A stretch of 64,000 nt of DNA from Mobula hypostoma (Eukaryota): contig NC_086108.1 in NCBI RefSeq assembly GCF_963921235.1, positions 82,524,001 to 82,588,000 on the forward strand, read 5' to 3'. Position 1 is the first letter of the stretch. Each line of letters begins with the position of its first letter. The translations under genes were made by a program, and so were the position numbers. The notes below the pieces were generated by a model, which saw nothing but the letters and a program-made list of their open reading frames with translations, was not told the origin of the DNA and searched no databases. This document shows, piece by piece, positions 37,261-48,228 of this stretch.

Positions 37261-38440
37261 TGTTGAGTATTTATTATATCAGTAATATTAAGTAATATTG
37301 TAATTATATTGACTGATTAATCATTCTTTATTGCTTAAATAACTCATTATGGTTATATGTATGAAGTACATGAATAGCATACAGCAGGGGTCCTCAACTC
37401 TTTTTTGCAACGCAGACTGGTTTAATATTGACGATATTCTTGCACACCGGCCAACCTGGTGGTGGGGTGGGGTAGGGTTACTAACGGATAAGAGTAACAG
37501 CCAAGTACATTGTACTTACCCCAAGAAAGACTACAATGACCATGAAGCCTTGCGCGGGCACCAGTGCGCATGCGTGTACGTGCCGATTTTTTTCCACAAA
37601 TCGTTTTTGACAATTCTGTTCGGGGCGGGGTGTGGGGTGTTAAACACGACCGGAATATAGGTGATAAGTGGCTAATACACTCAATTTTGTTCCTAAAAGG
37701 GTTTCTGTAACAAATTTAATATTAAACACACAGCGCATATTTTCCTCGCATGAATATAGTGATAAGTCAATTATCAGGGGAGGACAGCGGAGCTTGAAGT
37801 AAGTGTTGAATGAACTTCTAGTAGAAGTGGTAGAGGCAGGTTCGATATTATCATTTAAAGAAAAATTGGATAGCTATATGGACAGGAAAGGAATGGAGGG
37901 TTATGGGCTGAGTGCAGGTCGGTGGGACTAGGTGAGAGTAGCGTTCGGCACGGACTAGAAGGGCTGAGATTGCCTGTTTCCATGCTGTAATTGTTATATG
38001 GTTATACAAGTCACTTATAAGTCAATAGCATCATAACATTTTAAGTAACGTTTGAATATTGAACACACAGCACATATTCTCCCTGTATGAACATATAAAA
38101 TTATTGCGACACACCAATACCGTTGAATCAGTGGGAGCCCTAGGCTGAATACTTGCTTCCCTGCAACAAGACACTGCCATCGAAGGGTGATGGGAGACAG
38201 TGATACTCGAAGGGGGTTCCGTTTGTCCAGTGTATTCTGCAATTTAGTTTTCGTTGCATTCATTGCAGAGATATGTTGGAAATGGAAGCTTTGCAGCCTG
38301 GTGGTTGGGGAAGGCTGGCATACAGCAACACACCACCACGTTATATGTGCGCACCTTTCTTAAAGTTAAAGCAAAGTTGGACTCACATTCCCTGTTTTCC
38401 TTTCAATTAATTTTTTGTTTTGGACTTACAAAACATAACA
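37261..38440 (+). repeat. 5' LTR (interrupted by a hAT element)
   Basis: TGTTGAGTA...CATAACA. With 37385-38325 removed it aligns with 42392-42638. Confidence 0.88.
37385..38317. mobile_element. Non-autonomous hAT-type DNA transposon with an embedded CR1 3' end
   Basis: Perfect 8-bp TSD GCATACAG (37377-37384, 38318-38325); ends CAGGGGTCCTCAAC and GTTGGGGAAGGCTG; CR1 tail at about 37795-38005. Confidence 0.88.
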
Positions 38441-38441
38441 G

Positions 38442-38453
38442 TGGTGATGAGGA
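38442..38453 (+). other. Primer-binding site, probably tRNA-Ser(GCU), CpG-decayed
   Basis: TGGTGATGAGGA 1 nt after the LTR; equals TGGCGACGAGGA with two CpG-to-TpG changes. Confidence 0.7.
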
Positions 38454-38887
38454 AATGTTTTAAACAAATCTGAGATGACTACCTACTTGTTGAAGTGTAG
38501 TGAGACGTTCAAGTTTAGAAGAAGTGCAGTGAGAAGCAGTTGAGTAAAAAAAACATAGCACGCGGTTCTTTGGGAATGGACAGAGACTGTTGAGTTGAAA
38601 GATGGCAGAAAATTGAAAAATTCATGAATTCATAAAAAGTGATTACCAGCTGATAATGGCTAGCTATATTGGAAAGATTGTTGCATTCAGTTGCACAAAA
38701 GATAACTGGATTTTGTATACTAAACAAATTTAGCAGTATTTTAAAGCAAATGGAATAGTAAATTAGAAACAAGTACCAGTTTTGCTGAGTGCATTGGGTG
38801 GAAAAGCATACAGTTTGTTTCAAAGTTTAACTGCTCCAACTAAACCAGCTGAAATGAGCTTTGTTGATATCGTGAAAGTAATGTAGA

Positions 38888-40072
38888 TGTCATGGTCCGG
38901 TCCGTGAAGTCGTATTCTGGTTCACGGTCTGGTCCATCAACCATTGCTCCAGGTTTTCCTGTCTACGCTGTTTCTGTTCTTGTTGAGCTCTAATTGAGGC
39001 AGCTGATGCTCGTTGGGGCTGGCTGCATAAATACCTTCAGAGATCAGGGTGTGGCTGCTGGATTGTTCTTGTCCTTACTCCTTGTATCCCTTCCTCTGCC
39101 TTCTGTTTCCTCGCCTGAAGCCTTGCCTTGTCTTGCCAGTAACGCTCGCCTCGCCTGAATTTCTCTTTTTGCCTTGCATTGCCTGAAGCCTTGCCTGGTC
39201 TTGCTGGTAATTCTTGCCTCATCTCGTCTTCAGTCTTGTCCTGGAGCCACACCATACCTAGCTCCCTTCCTGTCCCTTGCCTCCATCAGATAAGCCAGGC
39301 CGTATTGCCGTTACCTGCGGTTGGTTCTGTCCCTTCCTGTCCCTTGCCTCCCTTGGGTGGAGATCTGCGCCCTGCCCAGGAGTACTGTGCCCTACCCAGG
39401 AGGAGATTCCAGTCTCCTGCCTCCAGCCTCCAGCCTCGCCTCGCCTCAAGTCTCCTGCCTCCAGCCTCCATCCTCACCTCGCCTCAAGTCTCCTGCATCC
39501 AGCCTCCTGCCAAGCTTTGCCTCAAGTCTCTAGCATCTAGCCTCTAGCCTCAAGCTTGAAGACTCCAGCCTCATGCCTCCTGCCAAGCCTCACCTCAAGT
39601 CGCTAGCCTCTAGCCTCAAGCCTGAAGACTCCAGCCTCCTGCCTTCTGCCAAGCCTCTCCTCTAGTCTCTAGCCTCAAGCCTGAAAACTCCAGCCTCCTG
39701 CCTCCTGCCAAGCCTCGCCTCTAGTCTCTAGCCTCAAGCCTGAAGACTCCAGCCTCCTGCCTCCTGCCAAGCCTTGCCTCTAGTCTCTAGCCTCAAGCCT
39801 GAAGACTCCAGCCTCATCCTGCCTGCCAGCCAAGCCTCATCCTTGCCTAGTTCTGGGGTCCGAGCCAGAGGCAAGACCTAGGTACTGGGTCCTTTTCCAG
39901 TCTCTGGCTCGGAGTCCAAGCCCAGGCTCCTAGCTCTCTTGTCTAGCCCTGTTCCAGCTTCCTGGTTTTCGTGTCCATGTCCTTGCCCTCACCCTGTATC
40001 CTCGTCCTGTCCCTAGTACTTCAGTGTCTGGGTCTTGCACTTGGGTCCATTCCCAGCTACCGTCCTATGACA
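38888..40072 (+). mobile_element. Solo LTR of a second LTR family inserted in gag
   Basis: Termini TGTCAT...ATGACA; flanks GTAGA and GTAGG; TATA-like CATAAATA near 39026; gag continues across it. Confidence 0.85.
39410..39845. repeat. 59-bp minisatellite built from GCCTCNN heptamers
   Basis: AGCCTCAAGC recurs at 39546, 39612, 39671, 39730 and 39789 (spacings 66, 59, 59, 59). Confidence 0.92.
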
Positions 40073-41145
40073 GTAGGAACATTTATAATTGAAACCATTG
40101 TAGATTCCAGAATGCCTTAGGTTTAGTAAGTGGAATCAAAAGGAAGAGGAGTCTATTTCAGTGTATGTGGCTGGATTAAAGACATTACCTGAGCCTTGTC
40201 AGTTATGTAATGGGCTTAATGATGCACTGAGAGATCATATAGGGTGTGGAATCTTACAAGAAAGCCTTCAAATACGGCTCCTAACTGAAGCACAGCTTAC
40301 ATTTAAAAGAGCAGTAGAAGCTGCTGTATCAATGGAAACAGCAACCAGTGACACAATTGAATTGACCCTGCAATGAATCTAGATTAATCAGCAATGAAAG
40401 TGAGTATGAACAAAATTGCACTGTCTACGCTGAAACTGGCTCGGCTGACCAAATTCTGTTACCGTTGTGACAGCGGCTCACATACACCCCTGTTGATGAA
40501 CGCCTTTAAAATGCCGGTTTAAAGGCAAAACTTGCAAAAAATACAACAAATTAGGACACATGCAAAAGACTATGTTGGGCAAATAAAAATAAATGGACTG
40601 CACAGGAAATTGAAAAGGATAAAAAGTCAATTTGCGGTTTCAAAATGAGCACTAATCTGTATGCTGTTGATGAAAAATCTGATAATGATGAGAGTGACAC
40701 AGGATGGAGTAGCCTTGAGATTTACAATGTGAAAACTAACAATAGACAAGCAATATGGCTTACAGCAGAAGTGAATAGCAAATTAATTTAAATTGAATTG
40801 GACACTGGCTCAGCTGTTTCGGTCGTTCCACAAAATTAGGTTGAATAGCATTTCAAAGATATTAAATGGAAACTTACAGATATCCAACTAAGCACTTATA
40901 CTGGAGAAAAGGTAACTCCTGTGGGAATGACATTTGTAACAGTGAAATAGAACAACCAACAAACCACTTTGGGATTGTATTTGGTCAAAACAAGAGGGCT
41001 AGCATTGCGATAGCATGATTGCCTGAGATAATGATAACTTGATTGGAGATCCAGACACCATTAGCATGCCATATCCCCTCTAGGTGATGCCAAAACTGTT
41101 TCCATGCTGTCCACCATGAACATTTGCACAACAAAGGGCAAGCTG

Positions 41146-42165
41146 ATGTTGGTGTCAACCTCAAACAAAAGAAATTCTGCAGATGCTGGAAATCCAAGCA
41201 ATACACACAAAATGCTGGAGAAACTCAGCAGGCCAGGCAGAACGGATCCTGATGAAGAGTCTCGGCCCAAAATGTGACTGTTTACTCTTTTCCATTGATG
41301 CTGCCTGGCCTGCTGAGTTCCTCTAGCATTTGGTGTCATCCTTTGTGCCACTGGTTGGAAAGCATATTGGACCTAGCATATGACTGTTCAGAGTGATCAT
41401 GTAACTAAGAAAGCAGTGATCCGGCTATAACAGGTTTTATAGGCAACATATCCAAGAAAACTTCTGATATGTAACTTGCAGAAACTTGCGAAATGTGGTT
41501 TCATTTCAAGGTGGAAGAGAGTTCAGGGAGGTTCTGGAAAGTTGCAAACGTTTGGCTTTTGTGTGTATAAAGAACTAGAATCTACTCTGCATGTATTAGC
41601 GGGAGACAAAAAGCTGCTTGTAAACCATAAATGCAAAGACCAAAGCCCAGCTGGATGAATGGAAGGCTATAAAGAAAGTCAACAGAGATCTGAAAACAGA
41701 GGATTTGTCAGGTGATGTTGTGGATGAGAAGACTGAGAGGAGAAATCAGACTGTAATGGGAGCCATAGAAGAATTAATAAGAGGATACTCCAGTGAACTA
41801 AATGCACCTTCCCAAGATCAAGATACACAAACTAGAAAAAGAAAAATGGAAAAGAAAGAGGAGGATGACATAAATGCTCTGGAAATGGAAGAGGATAAAC
41901 GAGATCTAATTTCTCAGGAAATTAGCAAATTCAGAGATACTCACAAGAAACTAGAAGAAAAAGAAAGGTGGGAAAAAGAAAGGCAAGAATTTGAAAAGGC
42001 AAGTAGAGGTAGAGACAAAGAATGTGAACGAGGAAGATAATGGCATGAAAAAGAGAAGGAACATGAGAAAGAAAAAGAGAGATAAAGAGAGAGGAAGGAG
42101 CCGAGACCAGGAGAAAAACAAGGATCAAAGTAGATCCAGAGAGAAAAACTGAGAAAAAGAGACGA
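41146..42165 (+). pseudogene. RBM25: Processed (intronless) RBM25 fragment: RRM plus start of the RE/RD-rich region
   Basis: Translates with lesions to MLVSTFVPLVGKHIG...FIGNISKKTSDM...LAKCGFISRWKRVQGGSGKLQTFGFCVYKELESTL...KKLLV..NAKTKAQLDEWKA...GAIEELIRGYSSELNAPSQ...DINALEMEEDKRDLISQEISKFRDTHKKLEE...NKDQSRSREK, collinear with vertebrate RBM25 as I recall it. Confidence 0.93.
41162..41329. mobile_element. Fold-back mini Penelope derivative with 13-bp TSD, inserted in the RBM25 fragment
   Basis: TTGGTGTCA(A/T)CCT at 41149-41161 and 41330-41342; hammerhead-like CTGATGAAGAGTCTCGGCCCAAAATGTGACTG at 41249-41280. Confidence 0.82.
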
Positions 42166-42391
42166 ATGGTGTCCAGAGCTGTTAGAACCACTTCTTGCAG
42201 TCTCAGAATCAACTTTACACCCACCACAGAGGAGGCCTAGAAGCTGAGATTGTTTTCACAGCCACAAATCTCACCGGCCAAGCAGAGGGACCTTCCTTGT
42301 CAGGAATATGTTAAATCTTTAGTCCTCAACTTATATATAAGTTGAGATGCATTCTATATTGAGGTGGTGTTTATAGCTAAGCAGGGTGGGG

Positions 42392-42638
42392 TATTGTGTA
42401 ACTAATATTTCAGTAATATTTGAGTAATTTTGTAAATATATTGTTTCATTGAGCATTCTTTGTTGTTTAATCAATTCATTATGGTTATATGTACAAAGTA
42501 TGTGAATGGCATACGTCATCATGCCAGCCTGTCATATACTCGCCCCTTGCTTAAAGTGAAAACAAAGTTAGACTCCCATTCTGGACTCTGTGTTTTCCTT
42601 TCAATTAATTTTATGTTTTGGAATTACAAAACATAACA
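42392..42638 (+). repeat. 3' LTR preceded by polypurine tract
   Basis: AAGCAGGGTGGGG (42379-42391), then an LTR homologous to the 5' LTR. Confidence 0.88.
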
Positions 42639-42744
42639 TTGGACTTACAATATTTTGTATTATTAGAGTCTAACAGGGTCTTATGATCACTAAAAGAAGA
42701 CAAGCATTTGCACAATTTGTTGGACCTGGAGAGGCCGCTGTGAC

Positions 42745-43275
42745 TAAGCATTAGGCTACATTTAGAATATTTTATGCAGTTTGGTTCCTGCACTACAGGA
42801 AGGATGTAGTGATTTTGGAGAAAGGCAGGAGGAGTTCATCAGGATAATGCCTAGGTTAGAGAGTATTAGCTCTAAGGAGTAGTTGGACAAACTTGAATTG
42901 TTTCTTCTAGAGCACTGATGGCTGAGGGACAACCTGATAGAAATATATAAAATGATGTGAGCTGTAGCTAAGGTAGTTAGTATTTTATCCCAGGAGTTGT
43001 CAAATACCCAGGTTTAGCTTTAATGGTGAGAGGAGGAGGAAATTTTAAAGGAGAGTTATGAGACAAGTTTGCTTACATCAACAGTGGTAGGTACCTTGGA
43101 ACACACCAAGAGACGTGATGGAGCTAGATATGATAGTAACATTTAGGAGATATTTAGGCAGGCACATGAACAGGCAGGGAAAAGAGGGATACAGACATAC
43201 AGTATACAGGGTGATGTGCAGTTTAAATTGGTTTCTGTATTTTTCTATATCTATGTTTTCCTCTGTACTTCTTTG
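42745..43275 (+). mobile_element. Old CR1 3' portion (continuation of the fragment at about 36705-36765)
   Basis: RLHLEYFMQF...HYRKDVVILE... follows on from the LAYIGWGIEYK..EDMVQ-like piece at 36705-36765. Confidence 0.7.
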
Positions 43276-44096
43276 CATTGACTATATGATTAAGTGTGAC
43301 CAACACCAAATGGCTATTGTGTTGCTAGAAAAATCAGTGTTGGAGAAGTTTCTGAGCCCAATGTTGAGTTAACATCCACAGAGTTAAAATGACAGAATCA
43401 ACAAAGTATATCAGGTTAATGACTATTTCCTTGCTGAAGTTAATTCATCTTCATCATGGAGGTTCAGGGTCAATTATGTCTCTGTCCTAACGTTAGCTTG
43501 GATGTTTAGTTAGTTTATAATTGGCCAAAAAATAAACTGAATATTAGGTTGGGAAAATAATGTTTTTTTAAAGGAGGACAAATATTTGAGCCTTTTGTTT
43601 CAGCCCAGACCTTGACTTCTTTCTCACTTTCTCTACCATTTTTAGCTCTCAGTTACCCTGTTAAATAAAAGTAGCTATGCTTCCATACGGTACGAGGTTG
43701 CCCAGGGACATCTGGAGGTTAATGTGCTATCTGAGATTGGGCCAAGCAGCAGATGAAATTGGAGATAAGTATATTCTGCGTGAGGAGGCTTGGGGAAGAT
43801 TTAGGCCTGTGCCTGTGGAGGAGCTGAATGGGTGAAGCGATGGAAGTAAAATGATGAGAGTTAATGAAACCATTGACATTTTCATAATTAGCAATTTGTT
43901 CTAACAGCCACCAATGGACATCGTTTTCGAACATGATATTCATTTTAAGTTAGGATAATTCATAACATCAACAATAGCTTTTGAAATAACCTGTGGACAT
44001 TTCTGTTGGAAGGATTTCCCTGCGTGAAATGTCCAGAGACCAGCAACCTCTCAGATGAGGTGCTAGGAAATAGCAGATTCCCCAAGTTTAATTGGT

Positions 44097-44380
44097 TGCC
44101 ATGGTACCACAGTGGTTAGCGTAATGCTATTACAGCTTGGGTGTCAGATATCGGAGGTCAATTCCAGCACTGTCTGTAAGGAGTCTCTGTACGTCCTCCC
44201 TGCGGAATGGGTTTTCCCTGGGCGCTCCGGTTTTTCTCCCATAGTCCAAAGGCATATTGGGTAGGTTAAGTTGTCCTGTGATTACGTCAGGATTAAATTG
44301 GGGTTGTCGGGGGTTGCTGGGCAGCACAGCTTGAAAGGTCAGAAGGAACTATTCTGCACTGTATTGCTGTATAAGTAAAT
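44097..44380 (+). mobile_element. V-domain tRNA-SINE
   Basis: tRNA head, V-domain, CR1-like tail. Confidence 0.8.
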
Positions 44381-45689
44381 GATCAGTCTGAGAGTTTCCA
44401 TGTTTAGTGCATCATTGTCATAATCCTATTACTACGAGTTGCAACTTTCCTGGCTGGGGAGTCTAGAATTAGGAGTTAGCATCTCAGGATATGAGATCAA
44501 TCCCACTGGGGATGGAAGTGAATAAACAAACTCTTCATTTAGACACTAATGAAACCTGGAAATTCTTCATGGTTATTTGTTTAATAAAAAATTTTAGACA
44601 CTAAAGCAAACAAGGGATCTGTGAATTGTAAATGAAACAGGAACTTAGTCATGGTCTTATTTAATGGCAGAAACAGGCTCAAAGGGCCAAATGGCAACAA
44701 TGACTCCTGTTCTTTACACATTTATTATGCCACCCAGGTGCACGTTAAGATGTCTGGGTTGATATGGCTTCCTTCCACTTTCCAAAGAGGTACAGGTTAA
44801 ATCCCGGCTTCCAGTGCTGCCCGTGCTGAGTCTTCACATTCTCCCCATGAGTTTCCTTTGGGTGATTTCACTTCTGCCTATATCCCAAAGACGTATGGCC
44901 ATTCTAAATTGCCACTAGTGCAGTAGGAATCTGGAAGGGAGTTGATGGGATGTGTGAAGAATAGAATAGGGTTGATAAAGATGAGTGCCTAATGTCCAGC
45001 ATGGATACCGTGGGCTGAATGGCCTGTCCATTCTATGAGAATCTATGAATTGTTCACAAACTAATGTTGGTCTAGAAAGTTATTTTGCGTTTACAAACAG
45101 AAAGTTGGGTTAACTACCAGTGTTGCTAAAAGCCACGTTAAGTTCTACAAGCATGCATGCTATCTTTCAGATTGGATACACACTTCATTTTTCTCCCACA
45201 GAAACTCACTGATAAGAAATTTGATCATTGAAAATTACTTCTCCTAAAGCTTCAGTTTGACCTTGTTTCTATTAAACAGGTTCATCCTAACGTCAAACAT
45301 TCATGGCCTTGTTTTAAGGCTCTGTTTATGGTTTAATGGTTCACCTGACTGCATTCCCCAGCATGTGCCATGCCTTCTTCCCTGATGGGGTAAAGTCCAA
45401 GTACTTACGAATAATGAGAACAAAATAAACAGACACAGGAATGAACCATTCAACCTCTTGCCACTCAATAAATTCTTTAACCACAATGCCACCTTCCAGC
45501 ACCCATCTTTATCTCGAATACAGTCAATGACTGAGCATCCATGGTCCTCTTAGATAGGCAGTTCCAAAGACTCCCTATTTTCCATCCATCAGTATTTCTT
45601 CTTATCACAGTCTCAGTGGTCAGCACGTTATTTGAGATGATGACTTAGTTTTACATACCCTGCAATGGGAAACATTATTTTTGCGCTAA

Positions 45690-46360
45690 GCACAAGAGAT
45701 TCTGCAGATGCCGGAAAGCTTGAACAACACTCACAAGCTGATGGAGCAACTCAGCAAGTCAGGCAGCATCTAGAGAGGGGGATAAACAATTGACACTTTG
45801 TTCAGCACCTTCATTGTCTGCTGCAAATGCAGGATCTACTGCTGGCTACCCATTTCAATTCGACTTCCCATTCCCATTCTGACATGTCTGCCCTTGGCCC
45901 CTTGTACTGCCATGATGAGGTCAAAGTCAGGTTGGAGGAGCAACACCTCAATTTCCGTCTGGGTAACCTCCAACATGATGGCATGATTATCGATTTTTCC
46001 AACTTTCAGTAATTTCTCTCCCTCCCTCCTTCTCTCTTTTCCCATTCCCCTTTTTGGTTACCCTCTTCTCCTCACTTGTCCAACACTTCACTCTAGTTCC
46101 CATTCTCCTTTCCTTTCTTCTCTGATCCATTGTCCTCAGTTTCCTGCTTCTTCATTCCTTTATGTCTTCCATCTATCCCCTCTCAGCCTCTTGCTTCATC
46201 CCCCACCCTCACACACCTACCTTCCCCTTCACCTGCCAAATTGTATTCTTTCCCCTTCCCCCACCTTCTTATTCTAGCTTCTGCCCCCTTCCTTTCCGGT
46301 CCAGGCGACTGTTTATTGCCTTCCATAAGTGCTGCCTGACTAGATGAGTTCCTCTGGGAT
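45690..46360 (+). mobile_element. Penelope-like 3' fragment with inverted 5' terminal block
   Basis: ORF 45827-46012 gives LATHFNSTSHSHSDMSALGPLYCHDEVKVRLEEQHLNFRLGNLQHDGMIIDFSNF. The hammerhead core is deleted at 46297-46311. Confidence 0.85.
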
Positions 46361-46369
46361 ATATGCACA

Positions 46370-47520
46370 TACCATGCCAGGTCACAACAGAACGTTGTAT
46401 GTTTCAGTGAGATCAAATCTCACTCTTCTGAACACCTAAACGTACAGTACTGGTCTGCTTGATCTTTCAAAGCGCCAATGTCAAGAATGAAGCCCAAGTC
46501 ACTATTGTTGTTGCACTTCCTCTGTCATCTGTATATCCTACAACAGCTAGAGGGATCTGACTTGCTTGCAATATTCCAGGCATTCCAACCCAGGCAGTAA
46601 GACATTTTTACTGTTGGCCTCAAGTTCTCCTCCACAAGAAGTCAATAAACCATTTGCCTTCTTAATTGCTTGTTATATCTGCAAGTTTACGTGAAGTGGT
46701 TTGTAGTCACAGACATACAAGTCCACCTTGTAGCCACAGACACACAAGTCCACCTGAACACCTTGCTCTTAGTTGTCTTTTACTGCTTAAAGACTCTGCA
46801 TTCTCCTCATAATCCCCTCTTCCACCCTGCTTAGTAACACCAACAAGTTTGCTGCTCTCATTAAATCATTGATGTAACTTGTGAACAGCAGGGGTCTGAG
46901 CACCAGTTTCTGCATCTTCTCACTAGGCACAGCCTCTAAAACTGTTCCTACTCTTTTTTTTCCTCTCCATTAAACAACCTTCAATTCATGAAGTATATTA
47001 ACCCCAATCTTATGTACACTAATTTTGCTTAAATATCCTTCTTGGCGACTTCTTGAAGACCTTGTGATCATCTACCTAGATCTTCCAACAAGTATGTCAA
47101 ATATTATTTCTCTTTCATAAATGCAAGTTGACGCTGGCCATTTCCATGTTGATTTTCTAAGCATCATATTACCATATTGTAAATATAAATTCTAGCATTT
47201 TTCCAACTACAAATGACTAGTTGGCCACTTTGTTAATCCTTCCTGAGGTGGTTACATTTGCTACCTTCCAGTCTTTGGAGGTTAAGTTGTATTTTAGATG
47301 TGTCCATTATCTTCAGAGTAGCAGTCTTCAAACCCTTTGGCTCCTGCTTATCTTGTGCATTTCTCCAAACACTTTCCGTCATTAAATCTTAATTCCGCTC
47401 AGTTCCTCATTCATCCTAGACCTATTGCTCACACTTTACAAGAGATTTTCTGTTTTCTTCTGTGAAGAAAGACGCAGAACATTTGTTTAATTTTGTTGTG
47501 ATTTGCTTCATTTCTAGAAT
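46370..47520 (-). mobile_element. Ancient CR1 ORF2 fragment
   Basis: Decayed reverse-complement CR1 motifs, for example GTTACATTTGCTACCTTCCAGTC (DWKVANVT) near 47250-47275. Confidence 0.6.
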
Positions 47521-47527
47521 GCATCTG

Positions 47528-47805
47528 TTTATTTATTTATTTGGAGATACTGCATGGACTAGGTCCTTCAATCCCTTCGAGTTGCATCGCCCAGCAACTC
47601 ACTGGTTTAAACTTAGCTGAATCACAGGACAATTTATAATAACCAATTAACCAACTAAATGCTACATCTTTGGACTGTGGAAGGAAACCCGAGCACTGGA
47701 GGAAACCCACGCGCAAATGGGAGAAGTACAAACTTGCTTAGGGGACGCCGGAATTGAACTCAGAACTCCTAAGCACCAAGCTGAAATAGTGTTGCATTAA
47801 CTGCC
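47528..47805 (-). mobile_element. V-domain tRNA-SINE
   Basis: (TTTA)n tail on +; reverse-complement V-domain and head. Confidence 0.82.
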
Positions 47806-48005
47806 TCTCTTGCTTCAGTCTGTAAGGAATTAGCTTTTGCTGATCCTTTTCCATTTTAAACCATCTGGGTTTCCTCTGGGTTCTCCCATATTCCAAAGAT
47901 GTACGACTTGGGGTTAGTAAATTGTGGGCATGCTATGTTGGTGCCAGAAGCATAGCTACACTTGTGGGCTGTCTCTAGCACATCCTAGGACTGTGTTGGT
48001 CGTTG

Positions 48006-48228
48006 GGAGGGGAGGGAACGTCGACTCAGACCATGAGAGGCCTGCGTCGGGCATTTTCATGCCTTACAAGGTGCAGATTGGAAATCTGGGTGGGGCACCA
48101 CTCCTCGCACAGACTAGAGCAATGTGTGATTAAGTGCCTTGCTCAAGGGCACAAACACACTGCCACAGCTGAGGCTCGAACTAGCGACCTTGAGGTAACT
48201 GGACGAATGCCTTAACCGCTTGGTCATT
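48006..48228 (-). mobile_element. tRNA-derived CORE-like SINE nested in a V-SINE tail (about 47865-48303)
   Basis: Minus strand: A-box-like GACCAAGCGG, B-box-like AGTTCGAGCC, CORE-like TGTGCCCTTGAGCAAGGCACTTAA, (CCCTC)n tail. The host SINE tail resumes after it. Confidence 0.75.

Larger units (their letters stand above)
38656..41079 (+). pseudogene. Gypsy gag-protease pseudogene (split by a solo LTR)
   Basis: MASYIGKI...NWILYT...QYFKANGI...VPVLLSALGGKAYSL...LTAPTKPAEMSF; resumes near 40073 with ...QKEEESISVYVAGLK...LNDALRDH...LLTEAQLTFKRAVE; CYRC and CRFK knuckles; LDTGS. Many stops. Confidence 0.88.
37261..42638 (+). mobile_element. Gypsy (K02A2.6-like) LTR retrotransposon, internally deleted, carrying an RBM25 fragment
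   Basis: Two homologous LTRs ending ACAAAACATAACA; flanks CTGGA (37256-37260) and TTGGA (42639-42643) as probable 5-bp TSD; PBS, gag, zinc knuckles, protease ELDTGSAVSVV near 40795, PPT. Confidence 0.9.

Noticed and set aside
39037..39547. Cluster of overlapping ORFs
   Set aside because: They arise from low-complexity LTR and minisatellite sequence.
39546..39845. CRISPR-like array
   Set aside because: The units are contiguous tandem repeats with no unique spacers, in a eukaryotic context with no cas genes.
41705..42040. ORF as a functional RBM25 exon
   Set aside because: The surrounding RBM25 sequence is intronless, has stops, frameshifts and a deletion in the RRM, and lies inside an LTR element.
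44097..44175. tRNA genes at SINE heads (also near 11950, 33215, 48150, 56600)
   Set aside because: No complete cloverleaf; each continues directly into a SINE body.
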